A DNA stretch of 64,000 nt from an uncultured Alphaproteobacteria bacterium (GCA_963706365.1 OY970150.1:1596265-1660264), one strand, 5' to 3'. Positions 49,513 through 59,051 are shown, counted from the first letter of the stretch. Notes: a model not told the origin generated them from the letters alone. Numbers and translations: made by a program.

Positions 49513-50189
49513 TGCGTTCGCCTAATTATGATAATCGTACGAAGCCAATATCTGTATTGGTAATGCATTATACAGGCATGAAAACCGGGGCGGCGGCATT
49601 GGATCGATTGTGTGAATCCGCGGCAAAGGTTAGCGCCCATTATTGTATTGAAGAAGACGGCACTTTGCATAAGCTTGTGGAAGAAAGCCACCGTGCGTGG
49701 CATGCAGGATTAGGATGCTGGCAGGGGGAAACGGATGTTAATAATATTAGTATAGGTATTGAACTGGTTAACAAGGGGCACAAATACGGCTATACTACTT
49801 TTCCTGATGAGCAAATTAATCAGTTAATTGATCTATCTCAACGCATTATAGAAAAATACGCCATTAACCCTGATAATATTATTGGCCACAGTGATCTTGC
49901 CCCTGATCGCAAAGAGGATCCTGGCGAGTTATTCCCGTGGAAGCATTTGGCACAACAGGGCATTGGTTTATACCCAGGCATTCATTCAGTTTCTGAAAAA
50001 CAGCAGGTTCTGGAAGAATGTAACAATATTATCGCAGAAAATAACTATAATGTAACGGAATTGATGCAATATAATAAGTTATTTTTCTTGCTTAAGAAAT
50101 ACGGTTATTCCATTGAAAGTAAAGAAAAAACTTTGATAGCTTATATGAGGCATTTCGTGCCAGCATATTTTATTAGCCACGCTAGTTAA
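49512..50189 (+). CDS. ampD: N-acetylmuramoyl-L-alanine amidase (Amidase_2, AmpD-like)
   Basis: VLVMHYTGM...AHYCIEEDGTLHKLVEESHRAWHAG is the AmpD/PGRP signature. Confidence 0.8.
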   Translation: MRSPNYDNRTKPISVLVMHYTGMKTGAAALDRLCESAAKVSAHYCIEEDGTLHKLVEESHRAWHAGLGCWQGETDVNNISIGIELVNKGHKYGYTTFPDEQINQLIDLSQRIIEKYAINPDNIIGHSDLAPDRKEDPGELFPWKHLAQQGIGLYPGIHSVSEKQQVLEECNNIIAENNYNVTELMQYNKLFFLLKKYGYSIESKEKTLIAYMRHFVPAYFISHAS

Positions 50190-50210
50190 ATCTGTTTAAA
50201 ACAGTATGCT

Positions 50211-50687
50211 ATGCAAAAAATACCGATGACACCTGGCGGCTATAAAACTTTAGAGACAGAACTAAAAAAATTAAAGCATGAAGATCGCCCCTCTATTATT
50301 GAAGCTATTTCCGTAGCACGAGAGCACGGCGACCTTAAAGAAAATGCCGAATACCATGCGGCAAAAGAGCGACAGGCCTTTACAGAAGGGCGTATTTTGG
50401 AACTTGAAGCCAAACTTGGCCAAGCTGAAGTTATCGACATCAGTAGCATGTCTGGCGATACCATCAAATTTGGGGCAACAGTTAAAGTTTTGGATGAAGA
50501 TACAGAGCAGCAAGCCACTTATCAACTGGTAGGGGAAGATGAATCCGATATTAAAGCGGGTAAACTATCGATTGGTGCGCCATTGGCCAAAAAATTAATT
50601 GGTAAAAAAGTGGGTGATTCTGTTGAAATTAATACGCCCAAAGGCGAAAAAGGCTATGAAATACTGGATATTTCCTATATTGGCTAA
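50211..50687 (+). CDS. greA: Transcription elongation factor GreA
   Basis: It is 158 aa with an N-terminal coiled coil. The C-terminal FKBP-like domain reads [17 protein letters not shown]...[19 protein letters not shown]. Confidence 0.9.
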   Translation: MQKIPMTPGGYKTLETELKKLKHEDRPSIIEAISVAREHGDLKENAEYHAAKERQAFTEGRILELEAKLGQAEVIDISSMSGDTIKFGATVKVLDEDTEQQATYQLVGEDESDIKAGKLSIGAPLAKKLIGKKVGDSVEINTPKGEKGYEILDISYIG

Positions 50688-50798
50688 AAGTTAATGATGA
50701 TTAAAAGTGATAAAAATCACATTTAATCAATAACGCTATTGAGACTCGTACATTTAGTTGCTACATAAACTGTAGATACAAGATTTACAGGAAATAGA

Positions 50799-51257
50799 AT
50801 GCAAACATTAGAAGATTTACGCGGCGCTTTGCCTGCCTATGAAAAAGACACACGTATTAACTTGTCTAATATTTTAAAGGAAAGTGGTGCGCCAGGTTTA
50901 ACGCAAGATCAAATTGCTGTCATTGCTTTGTCTAGTGCGTTGGCAATTAGAGATAGTAATATTATTAAAGTTGTTCGCCATGAATTGGCGGATTCATTAA
51001 ACGATAGCGCCTTGGAGGCCGCCCATACTGCGGCCACCATCATGGCGATGAATAATATTTACTACCGTTTCATACATTTAGTTGAAGATGCGGAATACAG
51101 CAATATGCCTGCTAATCTACGGATGCAAGCAATTGGTAAGCCTACTGTTGACAAGGTAACGTTTGAATTGGCCTGCATGGCTGTATCCGCCGTAAATGGC
51201 TGTGGTATGTGCATGGCTTCTCATGCTAAAGCGATTACTGCAGCAGGTGCAAGGTAG
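50799..51257 (+). CDS. ahpD: Carboxymuconolactone decarboxylase family protein (AhpD-like alkylhydroperoxidase)
   Basis: The C-terminal CxxxH-like motif region (AVNGCGMCMASHAK) is present. Length is 152 aa. Confidence 0.65.
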   Translation: MQTLEDLRGALPAYEKDTRINLSNILKESGAPGLTQDQIAVIALSSALAIRDSNIIKVVRHELADSLNDSALEAAHTAATIMAMNNIYYRFIHLVEDAEYSNMPANLRMQAIGKPTVDKVTFELACMAVSAVNGCGMCMASHAKAITAAGAR

Positions 51258-51345
51258 GCAATCCGTGCAGTCTGCCGTTCGCATTGCTGCAATTTTGCAT
51301 GCAGCGGCACAAGCCCTGTTTAATGCAGATAGTGGGGGATAAGGC

Positions 51346-51361
51346 TTAAGTGTTACTTAAC
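51346..51361 (+). promoter_or_regulatory. CtrA-box-like site TTAA-N7-TTAAC (ttaagtgttacttaac), about 25-40 nt upstream of divK
   Basis: It matches the alphaproteobacterial CtrA consensus exactly. In Caulobacter, divK is CtrA-regulated. Confidence 0.5.
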
Positions 51362-51383
51362 TTAACAATACTATAGTGTTTAT

Positions 51384-51761
51384 GTGCCCTCTATCAAAAA
51401 AATTCTAATTGTCGAGGATAATGCCCTGAACCTTAAGCTATTTCGGGATATTTTATCCACACAAGGTTATGAAATTATTGCAAGCAAAGATGGCGTTAAT
51501 GTTGTGGAAATTGTAGCCGAGCAACAGCCTGATTTAATTCTCATGGATATACATCTACCGGAATATTCTGGCATGGATATAACAGCTGCCTTAAAAGCAG
51601 ATGGACGGACAGCACATGTACCAGTTGTGGCCATTACCGCCTTTGCAATGAAAGGGGATAGAGAAAGAATCATTGAAAGCGGTTGCCAAGATTATATTAG
51701 CAAACCAGTCACCTCAATCCCCGATTTTATTGCTACAATTCAAAAGAATATGGGGGAATAG
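51384..51761 (+). CDS. divK: Single-domain response regulator DivK (CheY-like receiver)
   Basis: It is 125 aa and receiver-only. The phospho-acceptor Asp sits in LILMDIHLPEYSGMD. It is followed by pleD, as in Caulobacter. Confidence 0.8.
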   Translation: MPSIKKILIVEDNALNLKLFRDILSTQGYEIIASKDGVNVVEIVAEQQPDLILMDIHLPEYSGMDITAALKADGRTAHVPVVAITAFAMKGDRERIIESGCQDYISKPVTSIPDFIATIQKNMGE

Positions 51762-51762
51762 T

Positions 51763-53151
51763 ATGTCTGGGCGCGTCTTAATTGTTGATGATATTGCACA
51801 AAACGTCAAGTTGCTGGAAGCCAAGCTATCAGCAGAATACTTTGATGTTATTAGTGCTACGAACGGCGAGGATGCCTTAAAAATAGCCGAAGAACAGTTG
51901 CCGGATATCATTTTGCTGGATGTGATGATGCCGGGAATGAATGGGTTTGAGGTTTGTGAGCGGCTGAAAGAAAATAAGGCAACAAGACAAATTCCTGTGG
52001 TGATGGTAACAGCGTTAAGTGAAACGGAAGATCGTGTAAAAGGCTTGCAGGCCGGTGCAGATGAATTTTTAAGCAAGCCTGTAAGAGATATTCCTTTAAT
52101 GGCGCGTGTGCGTTCCTTGGTGCGACTAAAAAGTTTGCTAGATACCTTGCAAATTAGAGAGGGCAATACCGGAGATATAGATTCGTTTCAGCGGGAAGAA
52201 GACGAGCCGTTAGCCGCAAATATTGCCTTTGTCAGTGATGACCGCATTGCTTCTAGACAATTTAAACGTATTTTAGAGGAAGATGGCCATCATCTGAAAG
52301 TTTTTGATACTATCGATGAATTAAAGCAGTATATGGCCGAATTCCATGATAGCAGTATGGGGGTAGACTTGGTTATCAGCCTTTTACATATTAATGGTCA
52401 GGAAATATTACGCGATTGTGTAGGCCTAAGAAATATGGAATACAGCCGACACACCCCAGTTTTGTTAGTGGCGGAAGAGGAAGACGAGCAGCTGTTGGCA
52501 AAGGCGCTAGAGATTGGCGTTAGTGATTACATTATGCGGCCTGTTGATGGACATGAGTTGCTGGCACGGGTTCGCACCCAACTAAAACGTCTACGCTATC
52601 AACAACGCCTGAAACGCACCTACCGTCGATCCATCAAAATGGCGCTAACGGATGATTTAACCCGCTTATATAATCGTCGTTACTTTAATATGTACATGAA
52701 CGATTTGCTGACTAAATCTTTAGCAACCAATAAATCGGTTAGTTTATTACTTATTGATATTGATAAATTTAAAAATGTTAATGATACCTATGGCCATGAT
52801 GTGGGGGATCGTGTGTTGCAGGTAACTGCAGAGCGACTGCGTAATAGTGTAAGGGATTGCGATTTAATCGCACGCCTGGGTGGAGAAGAATTTATCGTTG
52901 TCATGCCTGATTCACGCATAGGGCTGGGGGTTGATGTGGCAGAGCGCTTACGCCACGCCATGGAAAGCCAACCCATTGAAATAAGGCAGGCAAATGGCGA
53001 GCCGCTATCTTTACAAATAACCATCAGTATTGGCATTTCCTGTAGTAGAACGGTGCAGAATGCGACACGCGATGTTTTATTAAAGGTAGCTGATGATGCC
53101 CTTTATCAAGCTAAAAATTCTGGCCGAAATTTAGCTGTAGTGGGCACCTAA
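51763..53151 (+). CDS. pleD: Response regulator and diguanylate cyclase PleD (two receiver domains plus GGDEF). The start is at MSGRVL; the ORF track begins at 51673.
   Basis: Two receiver domains are followed by a GGDEF domain (RLGGEEFIV). The divK-pleD synteny is preserved. Confidence 0.85.
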   Translation: MSGRVLIVDDIAQNVKLLEAKLSAEYFDVISATNGEDALKIAEEQLPDIILLDVMMPGMNGFEVCERLKENKATRQIPVVMVTALSETEDRVKGLQAGADEFLSKPVRDIPLMARVRSLVRLKSLLDTLQIREGNTGDIDSFQREEDEPLAANIAFVSDDRIASRQFKRILEEDGHHLKVFDTIDELKQYMAEFHDSSMGVDLVISLLHINGQEILRDCVGLRNMEYSRHTPVLLVAEEEDEQLLAKALEIGVSDYIMRPVDGHELLARVRTQLKRLRYQQRLKRTYRRSIKMALTDDLTRLYNRRYFNMYMNDLLTKSLATNKSVSLLLIDIDKFKNVNDTYGHDVGDRVLQVTAERLRNSVRDCDLIARLGGEEFIVVMPDSRIGLGVDVAERLRHAMESQPIEIRQANGEPLSLQITISIGISCSRTVQNATRDVLLKVADDALYQAKNSGRNLAVVGT

Positions 53152-53245
53152 CTTATACTATATTTATAAGCTTATCTATATGTCATAGAGTAAACTTAGC
53201 TAAAAGCAGAGTATATTCCTCTAACAATTATTTACAGGAGTATAT

Positions 53246-53416
53246 ATGCTTAGTTGGGCTTTGACATTTTTCATTTTAGCAATTATTGCCGGTGTTCTCG
53301 GTTTTACGGGGATTGGCGGCGCCTTAAGTCAGGCTGCTATTATTTTATTCTGGGCTTTTGTAGTACTGTTGATTGTTTCCGCTGTGGCAAACGTAGTTCG
53401 TGGTAAAAAGCTGTAA
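53246..53416 (+). CDS. DUF1328 (UPF0391) small membrane protein, 56 aa. It is below the size cutoff of the ORF track.
   Basis: atg at about 53246 is preceded by aggag. The translation is [56 protein letters not shown], the typical DUF1328 sequence. Confidence 0.6.
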   Translation: MLSWALTFFILAIIAGVLGFTGIGGALSQAAIILFWAFVVLLIVSAVANVVRGKKL

Positions 53417-53435
53417 TTTTCCTTTCTTTTTTAGC

Positions 53436-53602
53436 TTAGAGCTTACACCAAAATCCACGCGCAAGTTGAATTTCGTCTTTTTCGCTGCAAATTCCTTTGA
53501 AAAAGATGCGAAATAGCCCGCTATTCCGCCCTTTCCCAAAGGAATTTTCGTAGAAAAATACTTCTTTCAACTTGTACGTGGGTTTCCGCATAAGCTCTTA
53601 GA
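53436..53602. repeat. MITE-like composite palindromic element of about 165 bp. Two family A-type arms of about 33 bp in inverted orientation flank an internally palindromic core.
   Basis: The left arm is agagcttacaccaaaatccacgcgcaagttgaa. The right arm is ttcaacttgtacgtgggtttccgcataagctctta, its imperfect reverse complement. Inner inverted repeats are aattcctttg / caaaggaatt and cgtcttttt / aaaaagatgcg. Confidence 0.7.
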
Positions 53603-53682
53603 TAGGCTGATAATTGGTTATTGTTTTTTTTGCGAAGTCGCTATAGTTAAGGCGAAGCTATTATCGTTAGGACTATAACAAC

Positions 53683-54384
53683 ATGAGTAAAAAAAACACG
53701 ATTCTGATTGTTGAAGACGAACCGCAAATTCGTAAACTATTGACAATTACTTTGGAAACAGAAGGCTTTAAAGTTATTGAGGCGCATAATGGTGGCGAGG
53801 GTACACGCATGTCTATGAGTGTGAAGCCTGATTTAGTATTACTAGATTTAGGCTTGCCGGATATGGACGGTAAAGATGTGGTGGCTGCTATTCGAGGCTG
53901 GTCACAGGCCATGCCGATTATTATCTTATCTGTTCGTAGCGATGATGACGAGGTTTCTAATGCATTAAACGTTGGGGCTGATGATTATATTACCAAACCT
54001 TTTAACCCTGATGTTTTGTTAGCGCGTATTAATGCGAATCTTCGCAAAGCCGCACGGCAAGAATCAGGGGGCGAAACGGAACTTATAAACGGCCATATTA
54101 AAATGGACTTGGTGCGCCATGAAGTGTTTGTGAATAATAAGAAGGTATCCTTTACACCCAAAGAATATGAATTGCTGCGTTACTTAATTGTGCACCGCGG
54201 TAAAATGCTTACGCATAAAATGCTGTTAAAAGATGTTTGGGGGCCAGCACATGCCGATGATATGCAATACCTGCGTGTTTACATCAGCCAAGTACGTGAA
54301 AAAATTGGTGAAGACCCTTCAAGCCCGCGTATTATTATAACAGAACCAGGGGTTGGGTATAGAATGGAAACAGTTGCCAGTTAA
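53683..54384 (+). CDS. OmpR-family response regulator, KdpE-like (receiver plus winged helix). It is an orphan: no sensor kinase or kdp genes are adjacent.
   Basis: ILIVEDEPQIRKLL...LLDLGLPDMDG is the receiver. LTHKMLLKDVWGPAHADDMQYLRVYISQVREKIGEDPSSPRIIITEPGVGYR is the winged helix and closely parallels the KdpE C-terminus. Confidence 0.75.
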   Translation: MSKKNTILIVEDEPQIRKLLTITLETEGFKVIEAHNGGEGTRMSMSVKPDLVLLDLGLPDMDGKDVVAAIRGWSQAMPIIILSVRSDDDEVSNALNVGADDYITKPFNPDVLLARINANLRKAARQESGGETELINGHIKMDLVRHEVFVNNKKVSFTPKEYELLRYLIVHRGKMLTHKMLLKDVWGPAHADDMQYLRVYISQVREKIGEDPSSPRIIITEPGVGYRMETVAS

Positions 54385-54539
54385 AATAAACTTTTGTAGC
54401 TAAGCTTTTTCAAGCGTCTTTTCTATTACAACATTCTGTAAATGTGATAATTGAATATTATCAATGAATTGCATCAATAATGTATTGACAACCTGCGTTT
54501 AGATAAATCTATTAAGTTCATATAAATCAGAGCATTATT

Positions 54540-55877
54540 ATGAACTTACCAAATGTACCTACCAAGCTTTTAGAAAAAATTGCAAAAAAGCGTGATGTTG
54601 TTAAAAGTCCATATTCTGTTGAGGAGCTAATAGCAGCTTGTTCAGATGAGGCATTGGTAGATGATGATGTTAAGGCCTTAATAGATCTACTGAATGCGAA
54701 AAATGCGCAACAGGAATTTGCTTTTTATGAACATGAAAATGTTGTCTATTTTTGTCACTTTGATAAGTCAGGCACATTGTTAAAAGATGATCCTGTCTTT
54801 TATAGAATCGATGATGTGCTGCATGTAAAGACAGAAAATGGTGATTTTGTTGAATATCTTGAGCCGCATATTAGGCGTAAAGATAAAGAACTATTACGAA
54901 AGCTTGATGAAGAACCTAAAACAAAATATCTCTGGTGTGCGCAAAGGGGTAATGTAAAAGGAAAACTTAACTTTAGTTATCAAGGACTTTTGATTTCCTT
55001 TAATAGGGAACAGGAATATGGTGTTTTCAACCATGTTTTCAGTTCATGTAACGGCCATAACCGCCATTATATGTTTGAAACAGGCCATGACCAGCCACCT
55101 AATAGTGAATTTAGCTTGCAAGAAAAAATAAGTTATAGTATGCAGGCGCTTTGGTTTAGTAGGGTTGGTGATAAAGCGCGTATTAAAAATATGGGGCGCT
55201 CCGTTGGTGCACTTGATGAGGCTATGGGAATACCGGTTAGTGAAACACAAGCCGCTTTTTATCATGCTGATTTATGCTACGATAAGATGTACACAGACGT
55301 TGGTTTACGTTACATGATTAAACCAGGAAATCCCCACATAGATAACGAGCACTTAGGCAATAAATACCGGCATTGTGGTGTTGATCTATTTAGGGTTTTA
55401 CATTCTTTAGGCCTATTTCCACATGTTAATCCTAGTATAGCAGGGCATCAGCAGGAAATCAGTTTGGCACGAGAGGATACGAACAATAAAAAAATAGATA
55501 GCACAGAAAGAATTAATAACAGGCTAAATATTTTCCGACCAGATACCTTAAAACGGATTCAAGATTGGTGCTTAGGTAACCATCAAGCAATTATAGGTAA
55601 ATTTAATACACAATGGGGAGAGGTTAAGCTTTGTGAAACAAAAACACGTGTAGGTATGTCTACCCTTATGCTAGATACCAGTAATCTCAAAGAGATGGAT
55701 GATATCCCACTCATACTTCAAGATTTGAAAAATCGGTATGGATTAAATTTTGAGGGCAATATTTCAGAAGGACAACTCTACAAAATTGAAAATTTAGATT
55801 ATTATCAAGCTGCACGGATGCATGATAAAATAGCTGAATCTTCACCATATAGAAATTACGAACTAGCTAGAAACTAA
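54540..55877 (+). CDS. Hypothetical protein (445 aa), AT-rich orphan and candidate effector
   Basis: The frame is clean and the upstream region is AT-rich. No recognisable domain. Confidence 0.4.
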   Translation: MNLPNVPTKLLEKIAKKRDVVKSPYSVEELIAACSDEALVDDDVKALIDLLNAKNAQQEFAFYEHENVVYFCHFDKSGTLLKDDPVFYRIDDVLHVKTENGDFVEYLEPHIRRKDKELLRKLDEEPKTKYLWCAQRGNVKGKLNFSYQGLLISFNREQEYGVFNHVFSSCNGHNRHYMFETGHDQPPNSEFSLQEKISYSMQALWFSRVGDKARIKNMGRSVGALDEAMGIPVSETQAAFYHADLCYDKMYTDVGLRYMIKPGNPHIDNEHLGNKYRHCGVDLFRVLHSLGLFPHVNPSIAGHQQEISLAREDTNNKKIDSTERINNRLNIFRPDTLKRIQDWCLGNHQAIIGKFNTQWGEVKLCETKTRVGMSTLMLDTSNLKEMDDIPLILQDLKNRYGLNFEGNISEGQLYKIENLDYYQAARMHDKIAESSPYRNYELARN

Positions 55878-56599
55878 GAACCAGTAACAATATTTTCTTC
55901 CAGCCAAGTTGTTAAACAGTCTGTTTCATAATCGACAAAATCTTGGTGCCCGGAGGGACTCCCCAAATATTTGTATTCATCGTGTTCTACTTTTATCAAA
56001 ACAGTGGCAATGCCCAAGGCTGCGGCGGGTTCAAGGTTGCGAGGGATGTCTTCAAACATTATGGCGCGCTTGGGGTTAATATTTAATTTTTTCAGCATCT
56101 GGTCATAAATTGATTTATTCGGTTTTGGCAGATAACCCGCATCAATAATATCAAAAGAGCCATGAAAGAGATGCTCCATTTCCATATGTGTTAAAATATT
56201 TTGCATATGGTTGCGGCAACCATTGGTAAAAATAACTTTTTGGCCTGGATAATTTGCAAGAAAATTAACCAATCTGACATTTGGGGGAATAGGGGAGGCG
56301 TCAATGTCATGCACGTAGTTCAAAAACTCTTCTGCATCAACCTTATGATTTTTTAGCAAACCTTGTAGCGTGGTGCCATGATCGTAAAAATACTGTTTCT
56401 GCAATTTGCGAGCGGCTTCAATATCTAAATCTAGTAAATTAGCTACATATTCTGTCATCTTCCTATCAACCTGATCAAATAAGCGGCAGGAAGCGGGGTA
56501 AAGGGTATTATCCAGATCAAAAATCAGGACATCACGTTCAGCAATAGAAGAAACAAGCGGCATTGTAAACTTTGTAACAGGGTTTAAGCGCTGGTGCAA
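55874..56599 (-). CDS. HAD superfamily hydrolase (pyrimidine 5'-nucleotidase-like)
   Basis: VLIFDLDNTLY is HAD motif I. The HAD fold is present. The start may be at M13, which would remove the overlap with doxX. Confidence 0.75.
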   Translation of the reverse strand: MHQRLNPVTKFTMPLVSSIAERDVLIFDLDNTLYPASCRLFDQVDRKMTEYVANLLDLDIEAARKLQKQYFYDHGTTLQGLLKNHKVDAEEFLNYVHDIDASPIPPNVRLVNFLANYPGQKVIFTNGCRNHMQNILTHMEMEHLFHGSFDIIDAGYLPKPNKSIYDQMLKKLNINPKRAIMFEDIPRNLEPAAALGIATVLIKVEHDEYKYLGSPSGHQDFVDYETDCLTTWLEENIVTGS

Positions 56600-57027
56600 T
56601 TTATGCGTTTGTGTAAAAGGTAGTCTAGGCCAAACTTGCCGCTACCCTGTGTGAAAATTATAGCGGTCAATAGCATCCAATAGTAATGCTCTGTTGTGTT
56701 GGGGTAAACCAATGTTTCAATAACTAATGACATCACAAACAAGCCTAATGCCGCAACAGGTGTAAATAAGCCAATAATTAATAAGGAGGGTAATATAAGT
56801 TCACCCGCTGTACCCAAATAAGCCGCCAGTTCATAGGGTATAATTGGCAAAGAATATTCAAAATCGAACAAAGCCAACGTACCTTCCCAATCTTTTAATT
56901 TTAATAGGCCAGCTTTTAAAAACACATTGGCAATCCACAATCTGGCAGCCAGTAGAGCGATGGACTGCAATAGATAGGGTGCAATAGTAAGCGATGGCTT
57001 GGTAGCTAAGCACAATAATTTTTTCAT
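56584..57027 (-). CDS. DoxX family membrane protein (bufferin operon accessory, BufD-like)
   Basis: It is a DoxX-like four-TM protein of 147 aa. It sits in an operon with DUF2063, DUF692 and DUF2282. Confidence 0.7.
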   Translation of the reverse strand: MKKLLCLATKPSLTIAPYLLQSIALLAARLWIANVFLKAGLLKLKDWEGTLALFDFEYSLPIIPYELAAYLGTAGELILPSLLIIGLFTPVAALGLFVMSLVIETLVYPNTTEHYYWMLLTAIIFTQGSGKFGLDYLLHKRINCTSA

Positions 57028-57758
57028 AACTTTTCCTGTGTGGTGAAAACACCGTTGTTGATGATATGCGCGAACAGTTGCTGGAACAGTTGCGGTTCAG
57101 TAGTTTGTTGTAAGGTCGTTTGCAAAGCTGTTAAAAAAGGTGATTGAAGCATTACTTTTTTCAGAAAAATTAACGTGATAGCATCAACTGGCAACATCAT
57201 TATAATGTCTTTTTGATTGCGCCATACCAGTAAATGATTCTTACCTGTTGTTAGAGAAATCTCGGGCACCGGGGATTGTTGATGGGCTTGCCATATTTCC
57301 AGGGCGTTATGCTCTAAAATTAATAAATGGGCAGAAGGATGCAGGTGTAATGTATCAGCAGCTGTTAAGAAGGATAGTTTTTCAAAACCAATGGCCAAAG
57401 CATCTTTTGCGGTGCCTGCATCAGCATAGGCATACTCTAGTGTTGCGATATCGCCTAGATAGGGTAAGTCAGTGCTATCTTGTTTTAGAAATGCTGCAAA
57501 GCCTTGCCCCACGCTGTTAGAATGCCCTAATGTTTGGGGGGATTGTTTGATATATTTTTGAGCCAGCTGCTGAAAATAATGCTCTCCCACAATTTGCTGT
57601 GTTGCTGGAAATATATTTTGTAATACATTTGTCATACCTAATAAGACATTGTTTTGATAAATATTTAATCGCTCAATGGGGGAGGCTAATGAGGTTTCTA
57701 TGGTTGATGAGCCTTGAAATATATCACGCAAAAAGTCTTGCTGTAATTTAGCTAGCAT
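57024..57758 (-). CDS. DUF2063 protein (BufC-like partner of the MNIO enzyme)
   Basis: Its position immediately downstream of, and overlapping, the DUF692 gene is the conserved gene order of bufferin/MNIO operons. Confidence 0.6.
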   Translation of the reverse strand: MLAKLQQDFLRDIFQGSSTIETSLASPIERLNIYQNNVLLGMTNVLQNIFPATQQIVGEHYFQQLAQKYIKQSPQTLGHSNSVGQGFAAFLKQDSTDLPYLGDIATLEYAYADAGTAKDALAIGFEKLSFLTAADTLHLHPSAHLLILEHNALEIWQAHQQSPVPEISLTTGKNHLLVWRNQKDIIMMLPVDAITLIFLKKVMLQSPFLTALQTTLQQTTEPQLFQQLFAHIINNGVFTTQEKL

Positions 57759-58587
57759 GGGTGACCTTTTGAAAAGAACGGTTATGATTTGCTAAAATAG
57801 CATCCGCTTTCGCTGCCTCTTTTAACAAAATATCAATATCAGGAATATCCGTATCCCATTCAATAAGTGTCGGAACAGTGCCAAATTTTTCTATCGTATA
57901 CTGATACAATAGCCAGACACTATCGTGCACTGTTTTGCCGTGTGTATCGAGATATATTTCCTCTCCATTAGCCAATTTATTCACCTGGTAACCAGCTAAA
58001 TGGATTTGATCAATTTTTTGAATGGTATCTATATAGGCGTTGGCATCGTAGCCAAGGTTATGGGCGCTTACGGCAATATTATTAATATCGAGTAACAGGC
58101 CACAGCCAGTTTTATCTGTTAAAATATTCAAAAATTCTGGCTCAGAATACTTTGTTTCTTTGAAAGCAATGTAATTAGAGGGATTTTCAATTAAAATTTC
58201 TCGACCAATAAATTTCTGAAATTGTTGAATATGCTTTATAAATATATTCAAGGATTCATCAATAAAAGGAATAGGCAGTAGGTCAGGAACATGCCGGTGA
58301 TTATAGCTGCTCCAGCTTAAGTGCTCGGAAACAAATAGTGGGTCAATATCATCAACCAGAGATTTTAATTCGGTTAAATGTTGTTCTTCCAAGCCGCTGG
58401 CGTCCCCCAAAGAAAGGCCGACACCATGCAAACTAATGGGGTAATGTTGCCTTAGCTGTTTCAGTTGTTTGCGCGGTTTACCACCCCCAAAATAGTTTTC
58501 GCTGTGTACCTCCAAAAAACCTACATCATAGGCTTTTTCAAGAAAGTCTTGTTTATGCGGCGCACGCAAACCTATACCGGTTTTCAT
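57748..58587 (-). CDS. DUF692 (UPF0276) multinuclear non-heme iron oxidative enzyme (MNIO, BufB-like)
   Basis: MKTGIGLRAPHKQDFLEKAYDVGFLEVHSENYF is the typical DUF692 N-terminus. The fold is TIM-barrel xylose-isomerase-like. Confidence 0.8.
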   Translation of the reverse strand: MKTGIGLRAPHKQDFLEKAYDVGFLEVHSENYFGGGKPRKQLKQLRQHYPISLHGVGLSLGDASGLEEQHLTELKSLVDDIDPLFVSEHLSWSSYNHRHVPDLLPIPFIDESLNIFIKHIQQFQKFIGREILIENPSNYIAFKETKYSEPEFLNILTDKTGCGLLLDINNIAVSAHNLGYDANAYIDTIQKIDQIHLAGYQVNKLANGEEIYLDTHGKTVHDSVWLLYQYTIEKFGTVPTLIEWDTDIPDIDILLKEAAKADAILANHNRSFQKVTHAS

Positions 58588-58656
58588 TAAGAATATTTTA
58601 CGAAAATTATCATCTCTTAAAAGAAAATACCCCGAGAAACCCCGGGGTAATATTCG

Positions 58657-58926
58657 CTACATTTTTGCTTCTTTTTCTACAACTTTACCACCAGCGATTT
58701 TTTCGCATGTACCTTTTGGCACAGAAATCCACTCGTTAGGGTCGTTGTCTACTTTTGCTTGCCCGGCACAACTGTGGCCGTTTGCCGCGCAATCGTTCAT
58801 TTCCGCTTTCACAATTCCAGCACACTTTTCGCGTTTGGCGGCATGGGCATCTGTAGGGGTTGCTAGCATGGCGGCACCAGCGATAAACGCGGTTACTGTT
58901 GCTGTTGTTATTAGAGGTTTTACCAT
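58657..58926 (-). CDS. DUF2282 bufferin-type RiPP precursor peptide (BufA-like): Sec signal peptide plus a core with four Cys residues
   Basis: [29 protein letters not shown] is the signal peptide. The core is [51 protein letters not shown]. The Cys spacing is typical of DUF2282. Confidence 0.7.
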   Translation of the reverse strand: MVKPLITTATVTAFIAGAAMLATPTDAHAAKREKCAGIVKAEMNDCAANGHSCAGQAKVDNDPNEWISVPKGTCEKIAGGKVVEKEAKM

Positions 58927-59051
58927 AATTCTTATCCTTTTGGTTTACACAGGCAGCACCTGATAAAAAAACAATAAATAGAAATATTATCAATGGCTAT
59001 CAGTTTTTAAGGATTCATTATTGATATAATATTGTGCTATAAGCATCAGCA

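Noticed and set aside
50690-50720. TTAA-N6-TTAA (ttaatgatgattaa) between greA and ahpD as a CtrA box
   Set aside because: The spacer is 6 nt, not 7. This is more likely chance in AT-rich intergenic DNA. It is noted only as a weak palindrome (gtgataaaaatcac nearby).
51673-51762. ORF-track N-terminal extension of pleD (MKAVAKIILANQ...) overlapping divK
   Set aside because: PleD homologs start at the receiver domain (MSGRVLIVDD). The extension overlaps the divK coding sequence in another frame.
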